DNA of 64,000 nucleotides. It comes from the human T2T-CHM13v2.0 reference genome, Homo sapiens. Position 1 is the stretch's first letter; each line of letters begins with the position of its first letter. The notes beneath the pieces are model-generated. The model did not search any database. It was not told where the DNA came from and saw only the letters and a program-made list of their open reading frames with translations. The stretch is from assembly GCF_009914755.1 (NCBI RefSeq), contig NC_060934.1; one strand, written 5' to 3'. Shown here in pieces: positions 54,313 to 64,000 of this stretch. The translations under genes and the position numbers were made by a program.

Positions 54313-55649
54313 GTAAGTGGAGTTGGAGGGCCCCAGATCACAGGGGATGAGGTGTGGGCCAGCTGCGTATTGTCACCAAGAAGGCCAGGCCTTCAGAGCA
54401 ACACTCACCTGGCACCTGCCATGGGTCCCACCCTGACTCCCTGACCACAGAAGCCAACCTGGGAAATCCCATACCATGAGGATGAGGGGAAGGTTCTCTA
54501 TTCCCACCAGTATGGTTTTGCATTTCCCACTTAAGTACTTTATATGCCTTCAGGGTTATTTAGTTTCCATTTTTTGCCACTTAGGACTAGACTGTTGCTT
54601 TAGGGCAGTCGTTAAGCAGTCCTCTGCCGCTTCGTCCTTGATGGCAGAGGGCAAGGGACCCTTTTTTGGGAAACAGTTAGTTTTCCTGGGACTTAGTGAT
54701 GGGAATTTCTCCTGTTCAAAACCAGGACTTTTCCTCTCCCCAAGCCCTGTGGGGTCTTGCAGAGCAAACAGAGCTGAGCTGAAGGCCTCACCTACCCCCC
54801 AGTCCCTGCACAGCACACGTGTCACATGGCCTTGTGCATTCCCCAAAGTAAGCGATGCCCATGCCACGGTCTTCCACACATCTGAAATGCACCATCCTTC
54901 TAGGTGAATTTTAGTTTTATTTCCTCTACCTCCCGCCCAGCAATCCCCAAGCAGGTGTGAAGCCCTTGATTTAGTGTGTTATTTTTGTTGTTCTGTGTTA
55001 GTAGGCCATTTCTCTTGTGCATCAAATGTTTATTGAGCACCTACTATGTGTTTGGCAGTTGGATGCTGGGGTGGATACTAGAAAAACAATAGCAAAAAGA
55101 GGGTCTAGATGTGAATCAATCTCTCACATGAATACTCTGAAGCACACGTCCATGGTTCGCCTTCTACAAAGCTGGCTTCTGATTGTGAAGTCTTTCTGAT
55201 CTATCAGAAGACACTTTTTCATTTGAAATCATCTTTCCGTGATTTAGAAAATGACCTTTACCAAAACCTTACTTCATATATATATATATTTGGAAGTATT
55301 TCTTGAAGAGTTATGTTACGTTTGGAAAACCCACCAGCTAACTGGCCTTTCACCTTCCGCTGGCTAGCTCCCACTCACTGACCAGGGAGTGAGGGTGGCG
55401 TGGGGGTGGGAGGACACTGAAGGCTATGCTTTTGGGGAGGGGGTCGGGTCTGCCAATCTCAAGATGTGCATTGTCAGCATGTGGGAATTAGTCTAGATGA
55501 AACCACAAGTAATGGCAGCTAATTGATACTCTCTTTAGCCTCAAGGCAAAAATGTCCAGCAAATGGCTGCATGGCCCTTGCTTGGAATCAATATCACTCT
55601 CTGTTCTCCTCTATTTTTCTTGTGTGTCCTCCTCTCTGCCGGCTTTCAG

Positions 55650-55790
55650 ACAGCTCCCGAGGGCTCCTTTGCCTCTGCTGACGCCCTCCTCAGCAGGCTA
55701 GCTCACCCCGTCTCTCTCTGTGGTGCACTTGACTATCTGGAGCCCGACTTAGCAGAAAAGAACCCCCCACTATTCGCTCAGAAACTCCAG
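55650..55790 (+). CDS. TACC2: TACC2 exon, 141 nt, phase 0/0 (TAPEGSFAS...LFAQKLQ)
   Basis: Acceptor ggctttcag|ACA, donor CAG|gtttgt, exactly 47 codons. Confidence 0.93.
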
Positions 55791-56654
55791 GTTTGTAGCC
55801 CACGTGTGACCTTTTGGGAGTTTGTCAAAACCTCAGTAGAGAATGAACCCCCGAGGCCCAAATGAAATAAGGCAGGATTTGATGAGGAACTGCCGAGAAC
55901 GTTCCCAGTGACATATCTTCCCCTCAAAGGATGGTATATGTGACGTTCTTTCCCCACGATACCAAAGTGATGTAAATTGTGTGATTACATATTGAACAAA
56001 CCATTTCTATTTCAATTTACAAACTGGGCCCAAATAGTCATTATTTAGAAGCATTGATAGCCCCCAAAGCAGTTTCTGTGATTTATTCACTGAACCAAGA
56101 ATATTAGATCACCACTGAGCCAAGCCGTTTATATATACGTGGCTATCTCAGACTCCCAGTGAGATAACATCTGGGCTCAGTCTTGCATCTGGAACCAAAA
56201 ACAATGATCTACTCTGTGCTTTAAATTTGACAACTTAATTTGATATCCTCTAGACTAGGGTGTTCAGAGCAAACCTAGAGAGATTGTTAACAGCCATCTG
56301 AGAGATGCAGCTCCATTCATGGAAACTATTGGCCAACTTTACCTTAAGAAAGAAAAAGGGAAAGAAATGAAAGAAAAGAGAACAGTAAAAATTTTGATCC
56401 CATTTTGAAAATCATTTCGTATTCAACTGCACAATACTTCCTGACAATCAGAAGGGTGATTTTTAGAAAAGGAAATTAAATGCTTATTTCATGATCTGCT
56501 GAGGTGCTAATTGTGAGAGAAAGGCGGAGCGCGTGTTTTTCCCGAGTGCCTGTCATGACACATTTTCGTGGCACGTTCATTTCTCGGATGTGGAAACCAT
56601 TGACGTCTGTCTTGATGCATTTCCCTGCGGTTTGCCCACACTCCCTGTGGGCAG

Positions 56655-56744
56655 GAGGAGTTAGAGTTTGCCATCATGCGGATAGAAGCCCTGAAGCTGG
56701 CCAGGCAGATTGCTTTGGCTTCCCGCAGCCACCAGGATGCCAAG
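56655..56744 (+). CDS. TACC2: TACC2 exon, 90 nt, phase 0/0 cassette (EELEFAIMRIEALKLARQIALASRSHQDAK)
   Basis: Weak acceptor ctccctgtgggcag|GAG, donor AAG|gtaccg, exactly 30 codons. Confidence 0.92.
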
Positions 56745-57257
56745 GTACCGGTTTGCTGCTGCGTGCGCCACCTCCTGAGAATGTCATGTGTGCCGCTGGG
56801 GTCCAGAAGCTGCTTTGCTAACCATCCGCCAGGCGGGCATCATCGGTGTCCAGCAAAGAGTCGTTTCCAAAAAGCTGAAAGCATCACTCTTGCATAAATA
56901 CACACTGAGCACATAGCTAAGATCCATTTAAGTCGATAATGCTAAACCGCGGGATAGTAATGCTGGTTAAATGAGAGAGAATACAGAGACCAATGTATGG
57001 GTCAGTAGGGTAAAGAAGGCTAGCCTAAGATGACAAAGTTGGATAGAAAACTGGTTAGCACCAATTCAACAGAGCAAAACAAAATCATGACCTTTGAGGG
57101 TTTTTTTTTTCTACAGATACCATTTGCTTCTCTATTGAGCAAACATAATTTGCAACTTTTCTATTTTCTGCAAGTTAACATCTGACTTTGTTGAGACAAG
57201 GCCCTAATCAATAATACATAGTAAGTGAAACCAAGACATTTGATAATATTCTAGACC

Positions 57258-57426
57258 AGGCTTAAGCAATTCTTTCTGTAAAGTGCAAATGATAAGTATT
57301 TCCAGCCTTGTGGGCCGTACTGTCTGGCACTGTTCCAATAAAACTTTTATTTGTCTGTTTGTTTGTTTGTTTTTTTACAAAAAACGGCAGTGGGCCATTT
57401 GGCCTGTGGAGTTTCCCAATTCCTAG
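57258..57426 (+). mobile_element. MER58A-like hAT fragment
   Basis: ttctgtaaag..aaatgataagtatt..cc.tgtgggcc ... tgttccaataaaactttta ... acaaaaa.cggcagtgggcc. Confidence 0.65.
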
Positions 57427-57998
57427 TTTTAGCATGGAGTATGACATTGACAGGGCATGCAGAAATCTTTTTGCCTGGCTTCCAAGTTTGGGGTAAATTT
57501 TATTAACAATTTGAATGAGTTGCTGATGACGTGCAGAACGTGTGTTTGCCCCTGGACTGCCCATGCAAACCTTGGTCTCTGAGGGCGGCCTCGTTCCCAC
57601 CCCTCACCCCACCCCAAGTTGGACAGCCCGATGAACCTGGTGTGTCAGACTGTGCTCTGTGGCTTTGAACAAGTAGGTGAACCTCTTCGAGCCTTAGTAT
57701 TGCCGTTCGTGAGATGAGGCCAATAATAGCCAGTGTACAGGTTGCTGTGAGGATGACAGATGTCTGGTGTGCGGAGAGTGGCACCATGCTTGACACATAG
57801 TAGGTGTGTGATAAAGGAAAGCTGCTGTTGTTAGCTGACACTTCCCTCTTGCTTCTGTTACCTGATCAGGTGCTCCCAGCATCTCTCCTTGGTGGGTGGA
57901 TCCGGGTCCCATTTTACAGATGGGAGATGGAGCCACTTGACAGTGATTCACCAGCCTGTTGGGGACTAGAACTCAGGTCTCCAAGTGAGAGGCCCCTC

Positions 57999-58160
57999 GC
58001 TGGGTGTGGTGGTACACACCTGTAGTTCCAGCTACTCGGGAGACTGAGGTGGGAGGATTGCTTGAGCCCAGGAGTTCCAGGTTACAGAGAGCTGTGATCA
58101 CTTGATTGCACTCCAGCCAAGGTGACAGAGCGAGACCCTATCTTTTAATTGAAAAAATAC
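57999..58160 (+). mobile_element. Alu right-arm monomer
   Basis: Single sense arm. Confidence 0.75.
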
Positions 58161-61100
58161 AAATGGGAGCCCCTGGCCTGCCTGCCTGGAGTAACAGCTC
58201 ATCTGCAGGGGGGCAGTGAGGTCTGTGTCTCTCATCCTTGGTACAAGAGTAGGAGTTCCGGCTGCTGCTCCAGCCCTGAGGGCCCCGCAGTGAGGTCTCC
58301 TTGGCCATACCCAAAAGAGAGACCCCTCCCAGAGACAGTGGGTGCTTACACTGTGGGTGTGCAGGCTGGGAACAGCGAGACCCAAGGCAGGGACAAGAAT
58401 GTCAATACAGATTGGGGATGTCCTCGTTCTTGTTGCCAAACCATAAGCTTAGGTTGAATTTCCATGAAAGCGAGATTTTTAGAAAGCATGAAGCAGTGAG
58501 GATTTTCCCCCCACTAGATTTATTTCTAGACATCCTTGGGGCCTAAAGACAGAATGAATTGCGTGCAGTTTGGCCACTGTAAGTACCATGTATTCCTGTC
58601 CAGAGTTTGAGGTGGAATTGAGCATGTTTGGTGAGTAGCTCAGGGTGGATATGGAGTGTGCTGAGTGCTTTGGTCCCCCTGCCACCTCCTTTGGAGAGCG
58701 GCCAGAGATGACTGTTGGCAAATAATGGCCAGGAGTTGACTTTTTGTCAATTACAGGCTGTTCTCAGAATATGTGCCCCAATTCTGAGTTAGAAAATAGA
58801 GTCATGTGTGTTCATAGTATATAGGTCGGAGAGGCAGCCCAAGCCACCTCTTTTATTTCAGAGGCGTATGCTCAAAGGAGTATTCTGTGACTGTCTTGGA
58901 GTATATAGGGAATATTTTTCTCTAGCAGAGTAACTTGTATTGCTTTTGTTAAAAAGTGCATTACCTGGTGATGTTGGCCTGTGGAAAATAGATGGTGTTC
59001 CTGTAGCTACCCAGCCCGAGGGTGGTCCACGGGCCTGACCTCAAGTTGGTCCCTGTGGGTTTCTTTTTCATATAGAAAGATTGTTCCTTGCTGCATTGGA
59101 AACTCCTGATGCATAGGAAGAGAAAACAGCAGCTGTGTATCCAATTTGCCTTTTTTTCTGGCCATATATTTCAGCGGTAGGTGACACAGCTCTGTCATTT
59201 TGCCAACATGGTCTTAAGCTGTTGCTAGCACAAAGATGAAATCACTTGGAATGAAAAATATCATATTGCATGGATGAAAATCACCATAAGCTAGAGTGGG
59301 GAGTGATTTTCCGGTTGTTCCCTAGAGCAGCTTTGACTTCCATATCTCTCTAGACTGACGGAGAGCTGAGTCAGCCTTGCAGGAGCTGCAGTGGGGGTTT
59401 CTCCATCTCAGTTAGAAAATGTGAGAAATGAGAAGAAGTCCTTAGGGGCCGGGGTGTCAGGCTGCAGTCTCACCATTACTTTCCTTCCACATCCTTCTGG
59501 TCAAACGGAATTTGGTTGTGTCCTCCTGGGAGTGAACCTGACCAAGGTCACTGGAAATGTGGTACAGGAGCCCTGAATTTAACACTCAGCCACGTCAGAT
59601 AGAACCTGAATGTTGTGTCTGGGTGGCTCTCCAAGAGGCACAGGCTGTGGGCCTTTCTGGATTGGGGGACCCAATATAAAGACGGAAGGATGTGTCTGGG
59701 TTCCTTAGGAACAAGGCCATACAAATAACAAGCTTCAGGAAGGGGGCAAGTCCTAGCAAGAGGCCCCCAGCACGGTTGAGTGGTGTGGCCCCTCAGTCCT
59801 GGCTTAGAAGAGGCCGATGCCTGGAGCTTACATGAGCAAGAGAAGGAGTTGGGGCCACCTGTGTTGTCGTTGAGCAGCCTGGCAGCATGCTCTGTGTTTC
59901 CCTCTCCATTGCTGTGTCACAGACTACCCCCACCCATACACACACATTGAGCCGAGGTTCAAAAGGAGGGAGACGTGATGCCCAAAAGCCACAAGTACAG
60001 CCTGAGAGGAGTGACAAGGACCAGCTCGCGAGCGCCTGTGTATTTGGCCGTTTGGAGCCTCTGTGGTCATTGGCTGGAGGCTGTGTCTTGACTCGGTGGG
60101 CAGGAGCGGCTGGCTGTTGCCAGTGGTGCCACCTGTGGGAGTGGCATAAGGCCTGATGCTGAGTGCCTCCCCATGATCACCGCTCCTGCTGGGCTTGGGG
60201 ACTGCCTGTGGTCAGAATTGGATGGGGCAGCACCCAGCGGAGGCCACTCTCCTGCGCGGGTGGCGGCACATGACCTGGACACCCTCTGAGCACCAGGCCT
60301 GTGTCCATGCACCGTGGCCTTGGTCCAGGTGGCTGTCATCTCCCTAGCTCATCCTGACTCCTGGCCTCACCCCTCCGTGGCCCCTCTGGCATGGCTCTCC
60401 CAGCCTCGGATGGCAGGTGCTCTCCCCAGAATTGGCCTCTCTCTGCTCCAGGGGACAGGGATCCTGCCACAGTGCTAGCCCCTCCCCTCCATGTCTGGCA
60501 GCAGGGAACTGTCGACAAGGGGGCTACGATGCCACCCCCAGCTGCCAGCAGGAAGGACCCCAGGCACAGCCTGCAGGTCTGAAGTGGGTGACAGTGGCCA
60601 GAGGTTCTCACAGGTCGCAGGACTTCAGTGGAGTGAAGGTTGGAAATTGGTTACAAAGGCCATGCCTTCTGCGTCACAGCCATTTCACATTTCAATTTGT
60701 GATTCTAGTGGCTTTTTTTGGCCCCTCTAAAGTAGCAAGTGGGGGTTATGTGAGAGAAACAAAGCTTAATCTAAAAATGTCTGATCTTAAAATATCAGCG
60801 ACAGACAAAGCTATCAATTTCTGTTAAAAACAATTCTTGGTTGTAAGGGGAAACCAGAGTGTACACAATGCATTTCATCAACATGCAGATACTCAGGCAG
60901 TAATTCAAGAGGGCTCTGAAGTCATCTGTTCCTTTATTGAAAACACCAGGTGGCCGGGATGAAGGGGTCAGTGAACAGTCTACATGGTAGTGTCCATTTG
61001 AATTTTCTTAGAAACCCCATTATTTTACTTATTTTTTTTCATTCCCTTTCTTGTTTTACAAAGGATTTTAGGCAGCATAAAGATAATTAATTCCTTCATT

Positions 61101-61401
61101 AGTCATATTTAGTTTCTGCCCACTATGATAAAGTTAGTTTTAATTAAATCAATTTTCTCCTGCGCTGCAGGGAGCCTGCTTATTTTGATCAGAATTGAAT
61201 CTCATTCTGGGAAACCTTGTGCCCCAGTCTCTGAGATTCTCCATTTTATTCATCTTCAGAAGGTCCACGCTGAGTTTGATGGTGACTAATGTTGTTTTCA
61301 TTTTGAAATTTTATTGCTCATTAAAAAAAACACACACATTTGTTGACTTTAAAAGTGAATAGTTTTTGTTTTTCCTTTTAAAATCCTTTGCCTTTTTAAA
61401 A

Positions 61402-61842
61402 TTTTTTTAAGACAGAGTCTCACTCTGTCACCCAGGCTGGAGTGCAGTGGCGCGATCTCAGCTCACTGCAACCTTTGCCTCCTGGGTTTCAAGCGATTCT
61501 CGTGCCTCAGCCTCCCCAGTAGCTGGGATTACAGGCATGCACCACCACACCTGGCTAGTTTTTGTATTTTTAGTAGAGACAGGGTTTTGCCATGTTGGCC
61601 AGGCTGGTCTTGAACTCCTGGCCTCAAGTGATCCACCTGCCTCAGCCTCCCAAAGTGTTTGGATTACAGGTGTGAGCCACTGCAACCGGCCCCCAATTTT
61701 TTTTTATTAAAAATTTTTCTAGAGATGAGATCTCACAATGTTACCCAGGCTGTTCTCAAGCTCCTGGCCTCAAGGGATCCTCCCACCTCAGCCTCCCAAA
61801 GTGTTGGGATTACAGGTGTGAGTGAGCCACCGCACACGGCCC
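61402..61842 (-). mobile_element. AluS (61402-61692) plus FLAM monomer (61697-61842)
   Basis: Tandem antisense elements. Confidence 0.88.
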
Positions 61843-63080
61843 AGAATTTTTTTCAGAATTGTGTGTTTATGAACTTTCTCCATAAGGACAAATATTGAGT
61901 CTTGATCTCTGTGTCATTTTTCAGCTACTTCCTGAGAAGTTCCCCCATGACAAGCAGAACTGTGAAACCCATTTTCCAATAGCAGAGATGAACCCCTGCA
62001 TGTGAGGCTCCGGCCCTGCGGCTTGGTGGTGCCCTTGCTTCTGGGAGGTCAGCCTGCCTCTGCTGAGGGCTATTAGTATATATTCTGGTCAAGCGTCCTT
62101 AAAACGGGGACTTCTTGAGGGCCTGAGCCTGCCCTGTTCTCACATGAGCGAGTCTCTGGGGTCTGCTTGAAGGGGACTGTGTACTTCCATCTCTGGCCAG
62201 TGGATCATTTGGGTCCTGCTTCAGGGTCACCCCAAGTATGCAAGGCCAGGCAGGGGCCAAGAAACCCAGGCAACAGACGTTCAATCTTCCAGGACAACCG
62301 AAACTATATAGTTTCACCCTGCATGTATACAGCTAACTAACCGGTCCTAACTCAGTCATCTCCGGTCCTATCCATTAAACTTCTTGAGTTTTCCAAGCTG
62401 TCTCCCTTCTCGGGTTCATTTTCCCTGATGCTGTCGTAGGGTAGGCACGCCTGTTCTGGTGGTGGAAGAGACAAATTCTGCACAGGTACCTTTAGGTCCT
62501 CCCCCTTCCCAGTTAATGTTGGCTCTTTAATCTTACCTGCTGTCCTTGATAAGCCCTCATTATTCTTTCCCCAAATCTCTCTCTCTCTACTACACTGTGG
62601 TAGCCTTCCACCATTCAATTTCTTCTCATAATTTCCCAAGGGAAGAAGCAGCCTACTCTGCCTGTTAGAGCACTCTAGTATTGATAACTGGGGTAGAGGT
62701 TCGCTGGGCAGCCATGACAGCGCCACGAGGTTAATGCATAGGACTGAGAGTGTGGTTGGTTTGATGTTTCTTTTGCAGTAGAAGTAGACTGACAACCCGG
62801 CTGTGCTGGTCAGTGATGCTGCTAACACCGCATTTCAACTGTGTTGCAAATTGCCGAGCATTTTGTGCAAAGGGAAAAAGAATAACCACAGACTCCTCCT
62901 CACCTGTGGGAGGCCAGTATCTGTCCTCCACAAAAGGCTGTAAAGCCTCAACCAACATCAGTTGGGTGGGTTGGGGTGGTGGATCATGCCACTTGTTCAG
63001 GGTCTAATCAGCAGATGTGGATATTGTCATTGACCCAGTTTTTAATTTTCCCATTAACGTAACAGACTTCATGGCAACAG

Positions 63081-63124
63081 AACTCTTACATAACTCTAAC
63101 ATAACTCCAACATAACTCTTACAT
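63081..63124. repeat. 11-bp tandem repeat, 4 copies (AACTCTTACAT-like)
   Basis: aactcttacat aactctaacat aactccaacat aactcttacat. Confidence 0.85.
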
Positions 63125-63695
63125 CCAGAGACTCTACCTAGCCAAAGGTGATATTGGTTGACAACTACAGTAGGCTTTAAGCTTTGCGTGACTCACATCC
63201 TTTCAAACAGAGCTAAACAAATGCCCCCAAAATGGAAATGTAAACAGTCTTACAAAAGTGATCAAATCTGTGGTTATTCAAAACTAGGCAAACATAGACT
63301 AGAATTCAACATTATTCACCATTGAGATCTCATTTTGGAAGTGGAGGCTGCTGAATAGTGCCCTGGGTTCTCAGGCGCTGTGCCTAAGTGGCTCAGTGAG
63401 TGATAAATGGCAGAGATAAGCAGGTACCAGACATGCTGGACTCCAAGGCCTCGGAGCTTAAGGGGCCTCTGCCATTAGCCCCTTTGTCTGCCTGCCCAGG
63501 TGCAGAATGATAGATCTCCATCCATAGACTGGACTCGGCATTTCCCTGTTCATCAGTCTTTGCACTTTCTCATACTTTTGATGTTCTTTGTTTCAAAACC
63601 ATACAATTGGCCCATTCATGAGAGGGTGAGTGTAATCCTCTTTGTCGTATGATTAATGCTAACTGTTTTTTTTTTAATTAAAAACGATTCCACAG

Positions 63696-63839
63696 AGAGA
63701 GGCTGCTCACCCAACAGACGTCTCCATCTCCAAAACAGCCTTGTACTCCCGCATCGGGACCGCTGAGGTGGAGAAACCTGCAGGCCTTCTGTTCCAGCAG
63801 CCCGACCTGGACTCTGCCCTCCAGATCGCCAGAGCAGAG
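63696..63839 (+). CDS. TACC2: TACC2 exon, 144 nt (REAAHPTDVS...LDSALQIARAE), leading into the TACC coiled-coil domain
   Basis: Acceptor gattccacag|AGA, donor GAG|gtatcg, 48 codons, phase 0/0. Confidence 0.93.
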
Positions 63840-64000
63840 GTATCGTGGCATGTGGTGTAATTACCCTCTTCCTGCCACTTATAAATACGTATGCTCGTGG
63901 TCCACAAAGCCAGAGTCTTTGGAGACAGACTTTGTCCTCTGAACGCTGCAGGCAAAGATGTGTGGCACACCATGCGTTTTGATCTTCCTAGACGCTATCG

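Overview
Human genomic DNA from inside TACC2 (transforming acidic coiled-coil protein 2, chr10q26), transcribed on the + strand. I reconstructed 11 internal coding exons by hand, from SSDSEEAFETPES (21382) to LDSALQIARAE (63839). All have GT-AG borders and compatible phases, and they include a 36-nt microexon and two phase-0 cassette exons. A further, likely alternative first exon (ATG at 19021) encodes a TACC1-like N-terminus and leaves through a non-canonical GC donor. The introns hold about 30 Alu elements, a full-length antisense SVA with a 12-bp TSD, MaLR/ERV LTR relics, hAT MITEs (MER30, MER20, MER53, MER58), a 25-copy two-variant 45-bp minisatellite and a 69-bp dispersed duplication. 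The most interesting inferences are the GC-AG first exon, a 1575-nt phase-symmetric three-exon block flanked by inverted Alus (circularised, it would be a stop-free ORF), a microexon that splits a bipartite NLS, and the binary-patterned VNTR. I found no convincing wholly new system. Nearly all other ORFs in the track are repeat-derived or chance. Repeat boundaries and subfamily calls are approximate and made by eye.
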